Source: Pseudomonadota bacterium (GTDB lineage Bacteria; Pseudomonadota; Gammaproteobacteria; Steroidobacterales; Woeseiaceae). From it: a DNA stretch of 64,000 nucleotides. Positions within the stretch are counted from its first letter, which is position 1; each line of letters starts with the position of its first letter. Under the pieces are notes generated by a model. That model ran no database searches, was not told the origin of the DNA, and saw nothing but the letters and a program-made list of their open reading frames with translations. A program made the translations under genes and the position numbers. The stretch is taken from positions 263,926 through 327,925 of the forward strand of contig JBCAXA010000003.1 of assembly GCA_038534295.1 (NCBI GenBank), read 5' to 3'. This document shows positions 7,901-17,407 of this stretch, in pieces.

Positions 7901-9040
7901 ATGATTTACACAAAGTTTATCGTGCGCAAGCACGAACGTGCACTCCTGTTCCGTGACGGTGACTTCGCGGGGTTCCTGGAGCCTGGCGTCCACCGTTTCG
8001 TAACGGTACTGCACAAGTACACGATCGAACGCTTCGATCTTACGGTACCAATCTTTGGCCACCGTCTGCAGGACTTCCTGATTGAGAAGTACCCGGAGGC
8101 GGTTGCGCGCTACTTCGACGTCGTAGCGACGGACAAGAACGAGATTGCGTTCGTCTACCACGACGAGCGCGTGACGCTCGTATTGGCACCGGCAACGCGC
8201 AAGCTTTTCACGAAGGGTGTGAAGACGATTCGCGTTGAGCGCTTCGAGATCATCGACACGCTCGATGTCGATCCTCGTCTGGCTAAGCGTCTCGTTGCCG
8301 GCAACGATCCGATGCTAAAGGCGATCGCGGATAAGGCGATCTACTCGCGCATCGTACCGGCCGGCCACGTTGGTTTGCTGACCGTTGACGGTGAGCTGGC
8401 CCGCACGCTTAAGCCTGGTTTCCACGCGTTCTTCGCGGTCGAGCGCGACGTTTCGGTCGAACTCTACGATACTCGTCTGCGTACCCTCGAGGTGTCGGGT
8501 CAGGAGATCCTGACCAAGGACAAGGTGTCACTGCGCATCAACCTGACGGCAACGTACCAGCTCAAGGACGTCGAGAAGGCTGTCCGTGAGACCAAGGATC
8601 CGCTGGATTATCTGTACAAGGAAGTGCAGTTCGCTCTGCGCGGCGCCGTTGGTACGCGCACGCTCGATGCTTTGCTCGAGGACAAGGCGGTCATCGATCG
8701 TACTGTTGCCGAGCATCTGAAGGCCCCGTTCGACGAGATCGGTATTGCCGTGAAGTCGGTCGGCGTCAAGGACATCATCCTGCCCGGTGATATGAAGGAG
8801 CTGCTGGGCAAGGTGGTGGAGGCTGAGAAGGCCGCACAGGCTAACGTGATCCGCCGTCGCGAAGAGACCAACGCAACGCGTTCACTGCTAAACACGGCCA
8901 AGGTCATGGAGACCAACGCTGTGGCGCTGCGTCTCAAGGAGCTAGAGACACTCGAGAAGATTACCGACAAGGTCGGCAACATCTCGGTCTACGGTGGTCT
9001 CGACGCCGTGCTGAACGACCTGGTTCGCATGAAGCAGTAG
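7901..9040 (+). CDS. SPFH/band-7 domain protein (slipin/HflK-C-like).
   Basis: AAAGGAG RBS 7 nt before the ATG at 7901. KHERALLFRDGDFAGFLEPGVH matches the SPFH N-terminal region. A C-terminal coiled-coil is present (EAEKAAQANVIRRREETNATR). The track start at 7754 probably over-extends. Confidence 0.65.
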   Translation: MIYTKFIVRKHERALLFRDGDFAGFLEPGVHRFVTVLHKYTIERFDLTVPIFGHRLQDFLIEKYPEAVARYFDVVATDKNEIAFVYHDERVTLVLAPATRKLFTKGVKTIRVERFEIIDTLDVDPRLAKRLVAGNDPMLKAIADKAIYSRIVPAGHVGLLTVDGELARTLKPGFHAFFAVERDVSVELYDTRLRTLEVSGQEILTKDKVSLRINLTATYQLKDVEKAVRETKDPLDYLYKEVQFALRGAVGTRTLDALLEDKAVIDRTVAEHLKAPFDEIGIAVKSVGVKDIILPGDMKELLGKVVEAEKAAQANVIRRREETNATRSLLNTAKVMETNAVALRLKELETLEKITDKVGNISVYGGLDAVLNDLVRMKQ

Positions 9041-9052
9041 TTCGGCACATTC

Positions 9053-9076
9053 GGGAGGGGGCGTTCGCCCCCTCCC
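9053..9076. terminator. Perfect GC hairpin (GGGAGGGGGCG-TT-CGCCCCCTCCC) between convergent genes; likely bidirectional terminator.
   Basis: An 11-bp perfect stem with a 2-nt loop, located between the + gene ending at 9040 and the - gene ending at 9223. Confidence 0.5.
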
Positions 9077-9222
9077 ATCTACGGCGATAGCTCAAAAGCT
9101 GGGAGACTAACAGGTGATGTCTGGACTCGTGCGTTTGAAGCAAACTTCACGGTGACATTCTTCCAATCTGATGCAAATTACGCATTTCGTGTGCATCTTT
9201 TTGCAGGGCTTCCTCCAGCTCG

Positions 9223-10776
9223 TCATTCAGCGGGTGGGAGCGCCTTTAGTCCCGCCAACGTGCGGATACGGCCAGGGGCCTTTTCAAGCGAGAGTTCATA
9301 AGCTTTACGAGCTTCTGAGACGTTTCCGAGTTCTCGATATACATCTCCCAACAGTTCAGCCATTGGCTGGACGGGTTGCGGCGGTCCGACGTCCAGTGGC
9401 CAGTTTGTTTCGATGTCCGCGGCTCGCTTCAACAACCTTAGCGCTGCGTCATGATCGCCTTCCGCCATCGCTATTTGGGCAGTCAAAGCCATCTGAAGTA
9501 GGGCCGGCGCAACGTTTGTGCGGCGCCCCGTCAACGGCACTTGCGGATTACGCATCCGAGACAAAGCAGATTCCGCAGACTCCAAGTCACCTCGCTGAAG
9601 GGCGATCACCCCGGCAAGATACAAATCCGTGATCTGACTATAGGGGGACAGATCGGAGTGATCGATCACAACCGACGAGAGTGGGTGGTCCCAGTCCTCC
9701 GTGTCGATGATGAAGGACGCACGAGCTTCGACATAGTGCATTCGCGCCATCTTGAAGGACGGATAGAGCTCAGTCTGCCGCGCGATCAGCGCGATGTACT
9801 CGAGCGCTTCGTCGTACTTTTTCTGCTGTTGAAGACCGTAGGGCAACCAGCTCAAGGAGTGGAACGTTTCAGGATGATACCGGTCGTCTGGATTCGATTG
9901 ACGCGACACCGCTTCATGGAAGGACAACTTGTTTCTTCCGACACCCTCGTCCCACATCGCGAGCGGGTAAAAAATGTGCGCCCCCATATGCAGCGCGTGA
10001 ACGGCCGATGGTGCGACCTTGATGTAATCCCTGGCGGCTCTCAGTCCGAGCGGCGCATGTATCGGATCATCATAGCTATGGATGTTGTAGTGCAGGGCGC
10101 CTGGGTGAAGCGGATTTCTGTCGAGAATCTCTTCGGTGACGGCACCTGCTCGCATGTAGAAAAACGGCTTTCGGCCACCGGAGCGGGCCAGAAGGGACAA
10201 GGCATAAAAGGCCGCGGCATCGAGGTCATCCGGGTACTTCGTCTTTAAGTCTAGAAGTGCGTCGGAATAGCGTTCTCTGGCGCGTTGCCGATCGTCACCC
10301 TCAAGCAATATTTCCAGCGTCCGCAGATAATCTCGTTCTCGTTCGGTTTGCCCCTGCTGAATTCGAGCGCTCGAGGTTGATCCCAGACGCGACATGATTT
10401 CTCTGGCGGCTTCGATGTTCGACGTTGGCCAAAGCGGGTGCCAATGAGTTAGCGCTTCGCCCCAAGTCGCCATAACAAACTCAGGATCAATCGCGAGCGC
10501 CCTTTGGAAGGAGTTGCGCGCATCAGCATACTCAAAGTTATGCAGTTGAAGCAGCCCGATCAAAAACTCTGAATGCGCTTCTGGCGCCCCTGTCGCGTCA
10601 AAGTCTGTCTGACCGTACTGCACCAACGCTTGCGTAGACTCAGTGCTGAGGGTGACGACTGAATTAGTCGTTTCACAGGCTGTAACAAGCAAAACGACAG
10701 ACGCCAACGCGAAGCCTTCGAGGACCTTCCTTCGCATGTCCTTCCTCCGAATCGCAGAAACGCTCTTGATTGACAA
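9223..10776 (-). CDS. TPR-like repeat lipoprotein.
   Basis: The N-terminus ends in the lipobox LLVTAC. Helical repeat-like regions follow (NFEYADARNSFQRALAIDPEF..., KYDEALEYIALIARQTELYPSF...). Confidence 0.45.
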   Translation of the reverse strand: MSIKSVSAIRRKDMRRKVLEGFALASVVLLVTACETTNSVVTLSTESTQALVQYGQTDFDATGAPEAHSEFLIGLLQLHNFEYADARNSFQRALAIDPEFVMATWGEALTHWHPLWPTSNIEAAREIMSRLGSTSSARIQQGQTERERDYLRTLEILLEGDDRQRARERYSDALLDLKTKYPDDLDAAAFYALSLLARSGGRKPFFYMRAGAVTEEILDRNPLHPGALHYNIHSYDDPIHAPLGLRAARDYIKVAPSAVHALHMGAHIFYPLAMWDEGVGRNKLSFHEAVSRQSNPDDRYHPETFHSLSWLPYGLQQQKKYDEALEYIALIARQTELYPSFKMARMHYVEARASFIIDTEDWDHPLSSVVIDHSDLSPYSQITDLYLAGVIALQRGDLESAESALSRMRNPQVPLTGRRTNVAPALLQMALTAQIAMAEGDHDAALRLLKRAADIETNWPLDVGPPQPVQPMAELLGDVYRELGNVSEARKAYELSLEKAPGRIRTLAGLKALPPAE

Positions 10777-11072
10777 TGCTACTTGTTGATCTAGGAGTTT
10801 TACAGATCGCGCTCGTTGTCATCGGCCGCCAAGGCGCGACAGCAATCGAGACGGACACACCGAGCGCTCGCCTATTTTTGGCGGCTTGGCTTTTCCCGTG
10901 GACCCGCCAGCGGTTGCGGGCGCAATCTCCGGTCTCCTCAGTCGTTTCATAACTCTGCGCGCTGGTCCAACGGCACAGTGCCCTGGCCACGCCGATAGGC
11001 GGGTTCGAGACCCATCGGGTCCACCAGATTCACGCAATCCGCATCTCCATACAACGCTATGGACTGCGGCCT

Positions 11073-11990
11073 GTGAAAAACAAAGACGTACTGGAAATTA
11101 TCGAGTGTCTACCCAACGAGAGAACACTCTTCTATTACTTCAAAGATCGCTACGCGCTGGAGATGCTGCGCCTCGCGATCAATGAGTCGGCGACCGTCGG
11201 TGCGCTGCGCCGAAGTCCTATTGCTGCCTTGCTCGACAAGCCCATCGTCAAGGCGACGGTTCGCGGTGACGGGCTCGTGATTGCAGAAGCGCTACGCCAC
11301 GTTTACCGCCAAGAACACGAGATCTACCGGCTGACGCTCGATGCCTGGGGCTCGGGATCGTGTATCGGCGATCAAACGTCCCGCCCGGGCCGCAACCTCG
11401 TCCTACAACTCAATTTCAGCAACAAGCACGATACGGCCTACAAGGAGTTGATTACCTGCGAGGGCATTAGTCCTTTCATGTCGTACGCACACCCGGTTGC
11501 GCTGGACGGCTTGAATACGCTGGCGTGGTCCCGGTTGGATATCGATCTGGCGACAGGCGAGGCGCTCATCGAAGAGATCCAGAGTGACTGGTTGCGATTT
11601 GCGGCGCACGCGTTTCAATGTTCGCGAAACTGGCGACGAGCTTTCCGCTACGGCGGTGTCGGGTTATCTGTGCGCAACTTGCAGACCTACGTGCGTGACG
11701 TGCTGGCGCCGCACCAGTCGATTTGGGACGAGGCCATGCTCATGGCGACGATTTGGTTCCTGCGTTACGAACTCGGTGTGCGAACCATCTATTTTCACAC
11801 CCATGCATCCGGTGCGGCGCTAAAGCGGATCGAGGGGCGCCTGCCGCCGCGTTCGATCTACGAAGCACTGCCAAAACGGTTCTGTTTTCAAAAGTCGGAC
11901 GCTAAGCCGTCGTTCTTGCACGTCAAAAGTCGCCGCTCGGCGCGACGGAAACTGCTCGATCAGGCTAGGTTTCGCGTGCTTGCGCTCTAA
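11073..11990 (+). CDS. Hypothetical protein (305 aa).
   Basis: ORF only; no motif recognised. It sits between the two 48-nt tRNA-3'-like repeats. Confidence 0.4.
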   Translation: MKNKDVLEIIECLPNERTLFYYFKDRYALEMLRLAINESATVGALRRSPIAALLDKPIVKATVRGDGLVIAEALRHVYRQEHEIYRLTLDAWGSGSCIGDQTSRPGRNLVLQLNFSNKHDTAYKELITCEGISPFMSYAHPVALDGLNTLAWSRLDIDLATGEALIEEIQSDWLRFAAHAFQCSRNWRRAFRYGGVGLSVRNLQTYVRDVLAPHQSIWDEAMLMATIWFLRYELGVRTIYFHTHASGAALKRIEGRLPPRSIYEALPKRFCFQKSDAKPSFLHVKSRRSARRKLLDQARFRVLAL

Positions 11991-12022
11991 TCGACAGATC
12001 GACGGAGCCGTCGACGGACGCG

Positions 12023-14344
12023 TCAGAACCCAATGACGCCACCGTAGATGGCTCCGCCGACGATTCCTATAGAAATGATCGCGCGCAGTGTGGCCGGCCC
12101 AAAACCATGGGCGAGCTGGAACCGATTCCAAAGATCCAGTTTGCGTTGCAGCACATGTTCCTGGCCCGGCAGGAGGGTTGGGTAGCCACTGGGGGCATTG
12201 CCGGGATCCGGCGCTGGACCAGGATCAGTGCCGTCCGTGCTGTGTTTAGCGACCGCCGTTTCCCGTTTGATCATTTCCTCCAGCGCCGCCGATCGGACGA
12301 TGCCCAGCGCGTAGGTCAGGTTGTCCATGATCTGCGATGCGACTCGACACCAGTCGACCCAGTTGTCTTTGGTGACGTCATCGATAGCGAACTTCGGAAA
12401 CTTCTCCGCCCAATTGTCGATGCCCGTCGCGCTGGCGATCGGCGCCGGGAGAACAATCTGTTCGGCAAAAGAGGAAACCTCGCGGAGCTTTTGCTGCACT
12501 TGATTGCAAACGCCCAGCATGCGCTTTTTCTCGAAATAACCGATCTGTCCGTCCGCAGTGATTACCTGCCACGTGTTTACCAACAGCGCTTGCTCGTTGC
12601 TGACCACCGCATGCAAGTGTTCGGTGCTGTGCAACAGCCGAACGAGTCCCAGCAGGTAGCTGTCCCAACCCTGACCGAGGGCCTTGGCCGCGGCCAGGTG
12701 CGCTTGCCGGCAGTTGGCGTCGTGCGTCTTGAGCTCCTCGCCGAGCGCTTTGCGTTCCGCAGCGACCTGCTCAATTGCATCCGGAATATCGCTCTTGTCG
12801 AGCTCTTCGCCGCGATGGCGAATAACGCCGCCGGAGGGTTTTAAATCGCCGGCAGCGAGCGCTTCCAAGGTGTGTCGCTCGGCGTCGAGGCTCCGACATT
12901 GCTCCAAGCGTTCCGCGATTGCTTCAGGATAAAGCTGCTGATGCGTAACGGCATGCTTGTCTTGCAAAGTCGCACACTCGAGCATTTCGTCGACACTGGC
13001 AAAGTTGCGTACCGGGCTTCGTGACAGATACGTGCCGCGGAACTCGGAGGACAGTGACGCCTTGTTAAACCGGCGCGTGACCGCCTCTTCACCATGTACG
13101 GTGTCGAGCTCGTCAATCTTGTCGGCGTTGTAGAAGCTGCGGCTTATCTGTTCACGAAGGGCCGGTGGATCTTTGAACACGAGCCAGGCGGACCGACTGT
13201 CGATATCGGCCGGTACGTAAACGCCTTTGGCGTTGTCTTCGCGGTCTCGGTTCGGCGGATGGGTCGACCACATCTGTGGTGGCGTCGCCATCTGCTCGGT
13301 AAATACACGATGCTCAGCCGCATCGTCGCTGTCCGGTTCGGGTGCCTTGCCGTACGTGTCATCGTTGAGCACGCGACCAATCGTTGAGACTGCCTCCAGC
13401 TGCGCGTCGAAAAGGTCGCCGATCCGTTTGCCGTTGCCGGCTTCCTGGCCAGCAATGTCGAGCGTGGTCTGCCAAGCTTCATCGGCCGCTTGCAGTTTGT
13501 GCAGCGCGTTGACCAGCGCATCGCTGCCGGTCACAGAAACGGCGACGAGGTCGGCGTTGAATTCCATTTCGCGGCTTAGCGCTCGCTCCGCCATGATCAC
13601 GATGGAGAACAGCGTGTCCATCAACGAGCGAATCGACCAAATAACGAGGGCCAAGATCCAGCCGATCCACGCGATGCGTATGTCGATGCGACCGATGAAC
13701 CGGACCACCGAATCCAGCCAATCGCGTGTCGCGACCATGTGCGAAATGATCTGCTGCGCTACGTATACCCAGCGGCCGACCGCCATCGCGCCTTGGGCGA
13801 AATGCCCGAACTCGTGCGCCAACACGGCTTTCAGTTCGCCGAGATTGAGCACGTTGACGAGCCCCAGGCCGACAATCAGATTTTTCTTCGAGGGGAAGAT
13901 GAGGTTGATTAGTGATAGGTCGTAAAACACCGCCGCGTTCACTTCCGGCGTAATGAACACCCGGTGCGGCTTCGGTGCGCCAATCTCATCGGCCAGGCGA
14001 TGCAAGAAATCGAACAGGACCGGTTCGTCGTCTGCGGTCACTTCAACGCCGCCCGGATCGCCCGACTTTCGTACCGTGAAAAGTGACTTAACCAAGAAGA
14101 CGGTCAGCAGTACCGAGATGCCCGTGACGACGATATGGAAGAAGTCGGAGTCGCCGGCCTGTATTCGGCGGAAGTTGTTGTACGCGATGATGGCGAAGCT
14201 CGCCGTCAGCGCCAGGTAAAAGAGAATGAATGTGAGCAAGCCGGCCATCGCGAGCCAGGCTTGGCGCCGATAGCTTCCGGTGGCGCGGGTCAGGCCTTGC
14301 GGAACGTCTCTGGGGCTTTCCGGGTAATGCGTGGCGTCTGACAT
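12023..14344 (-). CDS. M48-family zinc metallopeptidase (HtpX/Ste24-like) with N-terminal TM helices and a roughly 400-aa C-terminal extension.
   Basis: HEXXH motif LAHEFGHFAQG, downstream EFNADLVAVSVTGSDALVNALHKL (M48 third-ligand region), and hydrophobic N-terminal segments. Confidence 0.65.
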   Translation of the reverse strand: MSDATHYPESPRDVPQGLTRATGSYRRQAWLAMAGLLTFILFYLALTASFAIIAYNNFRRIQAGDSDFFHIVVTGISVLLTVFLVKSLFTVRKSGDPGGVEVTADDEPVLFDFLHRLADEIGAPKPHRVFITPEVNAAVFYDLSLINLIFPSKKNLIVGLGLVNVLNLGELKAVLAHEFGHFAQGAMAVGRWVYVAQQIISHMVATRDWLDSVVRFIGRIDIRIAWIGWILALVIWSIRSLMDTLFSIVIMAERALSREMEFNADLVAVSVTGSDALVNALHKLQAADEAWQTTLDIAGQEAGNGKRIGDLFDAQLEAVSTIGRVLNDDTYGKAPEPDSDDAAEHRVFTEQMATPPQMWSTHPPNRDREDNAKGVYVPADIDSRSAWLVFKDPPALREQISRSFYNADKIDELDTVHGEEAVTRRFNKASLSSEFRGTYLSRSPVRNFASVDEMLECATLQDKHAVTHQQLYPEAIAERLEQCRSLDAERHTLEALAAGDLKPSGGVIRHRGEELDKSDIPDAIEQVAAERKALGEELKTHDANCRQAHLAAAKALGQGWDSYLLGLVRLLHSTEHLHAVVSNEQALLVNTWQVITADGQIGYFEKKRMLGVCNQVQQKLREVSSFAEQIVLPAPIASATGIDNWAEKFPKFAIDDVTKDNWVDWCRVASQIMDNLTYALGIVRSAALEEMIKRETAVAKHSTDGTDPGPAPDPGNAPSGYPTLLPGQEHVLQRKLDLWNRFQLAHGFGPATLRAIISIGIVGGAIYGGVIGF

Positions 14345-14871
14345 TATTGAATTACCTTTTTGTTACAGACGAGGGGCGTTGAGCGTCTCTGATCGGTCCA
14401 CGTCCGTAGCTTAATGCGCCAGAGGTGCGTTGCGAAGAAAGAAACACAGCAAACGGCGGGCGGGTCTCAGATTGGCGAGGTTCAGGGTGAGCCCGATGCG
14501 TTCGATCCAAGCACGTAGGCTTTATGTCACTTTGTTCCGCCGCCAAGTGATCGGTGCGAAAAATGACGGGCACGTTGGCAAATGGATGCCGCCACCTAAA
14601 ACGTATTGGAAGGTGGTCCGGATAAAACCGGTCGTCGTTAAGGAGGGCGCCTCAGTTGCGAAGTCCTCCCAAAAGTCGAGAGGGTATGGTTGAGGATGGC
14701 AGGCGACTGCTCTGAGGAAGGGTTACTCGCTGGCGCCCGTTTTCCAACAATCGACTTACCGGTAGTAATGCCCCGGCTACGACGATATGCGGGTTCGATA
14801 CCCGTCGTGTCCACCACTTTCATGCAGTCTGCACGCTGACACCTTGCCGCCGAGCGCGCTGGCGCGACGCT

Positions 14872-15891
14872 GTGCCGTGGCAGATACTGACGCGCTGGCG
14901 AAAAGGGAAAACTCCGATGATCGTTCCATCGCACTGGGCGGAAGCCAAAGAGAGAGTTGTTATTGATGGCCAAGCGAGGACGTATCGCCGTTTCGGTTGG
15001 TCAAACGATAGCGAGGCTGATGCACTGGAGCGGGCTCGCGAGCGGGTCGAGGACGCCGCAGAGCGCGCGTCTCGCGGTGAAAAAGTTCGTCTCATTGATC
15101 GAAAGGTTCCGTACAACGGCGCCGAAGGCCTGCCGATTCGAGAAGAAGTCATCGCTCGCCATGGCGATACCGTCATCACGCGAAACTCGTACGGCGCGTT
15201 GTGTCTGAACACGCCGGACGTTTTGTTTGCCGACGTCGATTTCACGCCGCCCAGCTACGCGGCGTATGGCTGGATGGTTTTCTCTGTGATCGTCGGTACA
15301 GGCGTCGCGTTGACCATGAGCGGCTGGGGCGTCACTGCGATCAGCATTGCGTTTCTGGTGGCCGCCATTCTCGCGGCGCCGATCGGCAAGCTCATTGGTC
15401 GACTGGTATCGAGTGCGTCGCGCGATCCGGTGGCGGTGTCGATGCAGCGGATCGAGGCGTTTGCTGACAAGCATCCATCCTGGTCCTTGCGAGTCTATCG
15501 AACGCCAAACGGACTACGAATACTCGCCATGCACGCGGTTTTCGACCCGGTCGGTGACGACGCGCTGGCTTTTCTGCGGGCCGTCGGCAGCGATAAGAAT
15601 TACGTGCGTATGTGCCGTAATCAACGCTGCTTCCGTGCCCGGGTGAGCCCAAAACCGTGGCGCATCGACATTGCACACATCAAGCCGCGGCCGGGTGTTT
15701 GGCCGATTCGGCCGGAGCGGATGGCCGAGCGCGAAAGTTGGGTAGACGACTACGAGCGTAAATCTCGTGACTACGCGTCCTGCCGGTACGTGAGTACGGT
15801 GGGCATGAGTCACTCCGACAGACGCTGCGAGGATGTCTGTCGCCTCCACGATGAGCTCTGCCGCTCAGATCGGGACCTGCCTCTGGCCTAG
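14872..15891 (+). CDS. Hypothetical membrane protein (one or two TM helices, AYGWMVFSVIVGTGVALTMSGWGVTAISIAFLVAAILAAPI).
   Basis: ORF with a central hydrophobic region. The true start is probably the M at about 14917 (MIVPSHW). Confidence 0.4.
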   Translation: MPWQILTRWRKGKTPMIVPSHWAEAKERVVIDGQARTYRRFGWSNDSEADALERARERVEDAAERASRGEKVRLIDRKVPYNGAEGLPIREEVIARHGDTVITRNSYGALCLNTPDVLFADVDFTPPSYAAYGWMVFSVIVGTGVALTMSGWGVTAISIAFLVAAILAAPIGKLIGRLVSSASRDPVAVSMQRIEAFADKHPSWSLRVYRTPNGLRILAMHAVFDPVGDDALAFLRAVGSDKNYVRMCRNQRCFRARVSPKPWRIDIAHIKPRPGVWPIRPERMAERESWVDDYERKSRDYASCRYVSTVGMSHSDRRCEDVCRLHDELCRSDRDLPLA

Positions 15892-16000
15892 CGCTTGCGG
15901 TGCTTGGAAACGCTGCTGTAACGAATTTGTTACGTGTAAGAGATTTAACATAACATTTCCATCGATATACAATTATTAGTAATTAAAACAACAAATTAAA

Positions 16001-16047
16001 TAATTACATGTGAGAGTCTTGCGTTATCACATGTGAGTCTGTATAGT
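16001..16047 (+). promoter_or_regulatory. AT-rich promoter island (15892-16047) with two copies of a 10-bp palindrome: TTACATGTGA at 16004-16013 and TCACATGTGA at 16027-16036. Candidate -35 TTGCGT at 16018-16023 and -10 TATAGT at 16042-16047.
   Basis: Sharp local AT-rich stretch in a GC-rich window; palindromes and hexamers read directly. The second palindrome lies in the promoter spacer, suggesting repressor control of the downstream operon. Confidence 0.45.
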
Positions 16048-16054
16048 GCTGGCC

Positions 16055-16681
16055 ATGAACGTGAAAACGTCAGCACACTACCAGCGCGAGTACCGGCGCC
16101 GCCTGCGTGAGCAGGGCCTTGTAAAAAAGGAGATCTGGATCCGTCCGGAGAACGCCGACCGGGCCCGCGCGGTAGAAAAGGAGCTTCGTGACGAGAGTGC
16201 CAACGGCAATGCGTCCGGCGGTCGCGATTCACGCAGTCCCTGGCGTACCGGTGCGCTTTACGACGAGCTTGCAAACGACCCGCTCGTCCGCGATGCGCAC
16301 GCGAGCATCGAATTGATCGAAGGCGTCGATCCGACGCTGCATCTGATCATGCACGACTACGGTGATCTGCCGGTATTCGTGTCTGTTGCTGGCGATCAAA
16401 TCATTGCCGAATCGGTGCTATGGCCGGTATCGCTGGTACGCGATTCCATCGAGTTTAACGAGACCATTCTGCGGACCCACAAGTACTTCCCGCTGTCGAC
16501 GATTTGCCTCGGCCAGCGGATGGATCAGGACTACTACCTGATGTTTGGGTCGCTGAGTTCCGAATCGTCATTGGCGGACATCGTCCACGAGATCGAAGTT
16601 CTTGCCAGTAACGTTATCCACGCCACTGAGGCGTATGTCGATTTACTGCAATCAGATCACGTATCTGAAGGAGAGAAGTGA
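16055..16681 (+). CDS. Hypothetical protein (about 208 aa), first gene of the PspA-flotillin operon.
   Basis: ORF; the basic N-terminus (YRRRLREQGLVKKE) could be nucleic-acid binding. The track start is a GTG at 16046. Confidence 0.45.
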   Translation: MNVKTSAHYQREYRRRLREQGLVKKEIWIRPENADRARAVEKELRDESANGNASGGRDSRSPWRTGALYDELANDPLVRDAHASIELIEGVDPTLHLIMHDYGDLPVFVSVAGDQIIAESVLWPVSLVRDSIEFNETILRTHKYFPLSTICLGQRMDQDYYLMFGSLSSESSLADIVHEIEVLASNVIHATEAYVDLLQSDHVSEGEK

Positions 16682-17364
16682 TGAACGTCTGGTCGAAAAT
16701 GATGACCGCGTTGCGCGGCGGTATTAACGAAGCCGGCGAGGTAATCGTCGACAGCCAGGCGCTGCGCATTCTGGACCAGGAAGTCCGTGACGCTGCGGAG
16801 GAACTGAAACGTTCCAAAGACAGCTTGGCGGCAATCATTGCGCGGCAAAAGGTCTCCGAGGAGCGTTCGACGAAGATCGCTGAGGAGATCGCCGAGCACG
16901 AAGGCTATGCGATGGCGGCGATCGAAAAGGACGACGAAACGCTCGCCCTTGAAGTTGCCGAGAAAATCTCTGCGCTCGAAGTGAAGTTCGAGACCGAGAA
17001 AGCAGCCGGCGCCGGTTATGAAGAAAGCGCCAATCAGCTGCGCGACGCGATCGCTGACGCCGAGCGCGACATTCAGCGCATGAAGCAGCAGATCGACACC
17101 GTCAAGGCCACGGACAGCGTCCAGAAAGCCCAGGCGGCTGTGTCCGAACGGCACAGTGGTTCGGATTCCAAGCTGCGTACGGCCATGGAGTCACTGGAGC
17201 GTATTAAAGAGCGCCAGGAACTTCGGTCTGCACAAATGAAGGCAGCGCGTGAGATTGCAACCGAGAGCGGAGATGCGTCCCTGTCAGACAAGCTCGAGGC
17301 GGCCGGTATCACGAAGCACAGCCGCAGCGCCAAGGAAATCCTGGAGCGGCTGAAAGCCAAGTAA
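16681..17364 (+). CDS. PspA/IM30 (Vipp1/ESCRT-III-like) family protein.
   Basis: GAAGGAGAG RBS; TGATG stop/start overlap with the upstream gene. It is all-helical, and its N-terminus WSKMMTALRGGINEAGEVIVDSQALRILDQEVRDAAEEL resembles the PspA N-terminus. Length about 227 aa. Confidence 0.7.
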   Translation: MNVWSKMMTALRGGINEAGEVIVDSQALRILDQEVRDAAEELKRSKDSLAAIIARQKVSEERSTKIAEEIAEHEGYAMAAIEKDDETLALEVAEKISALEVKFETEKAAGAGYEESANQLRDAIADAERDIQRMKQQIDTVKATDSVQKAQAAVSERHSGSDSKLRTAMESLERIKERQELRSAQMKAAREIATESGDASLSDKLEAAGITKHSRSAKEILERLKAK

Positions 17365-17407
17365 AGCTGTCTTTTAACAACGCTACGCACGAGGGAGGTC
17401 ACCGCGT

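Noticed and set aside
7400-8161. 253-aa minus-strand ORF overlapping the SPFH gene.
   Set aside because: It is antisense to a clearly identifiable SPFH protein with a good RBS and has no motifs. GC-rich DNA routinely gives long antisense ORFs.
10965-14822. Interpreting the repeat-bracketed 3.8-kb segment as a bona fide integrative element.
   Set aside because: No integrase, recombinase or excisionase is encoded between or next to the repeats. It is reported as a repeat observation only.
14701-14822. A full tRNA gene at the second tRNA-3'-like repeat.
   Set aside because: I could not find a complementary 5' acceptor strand (GGACACG) or D-arm upstream. Only the T-arm/acceptor 3' half is tRNA-like.
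16046-16681. Assigning the first operon gene to a named PspA-paralog operon family.
   Set aside because: The remaining gene content here differs entirely from the one such operon I recalled, and I cannot verify similarity without alignment. It is left as a hypothetical.
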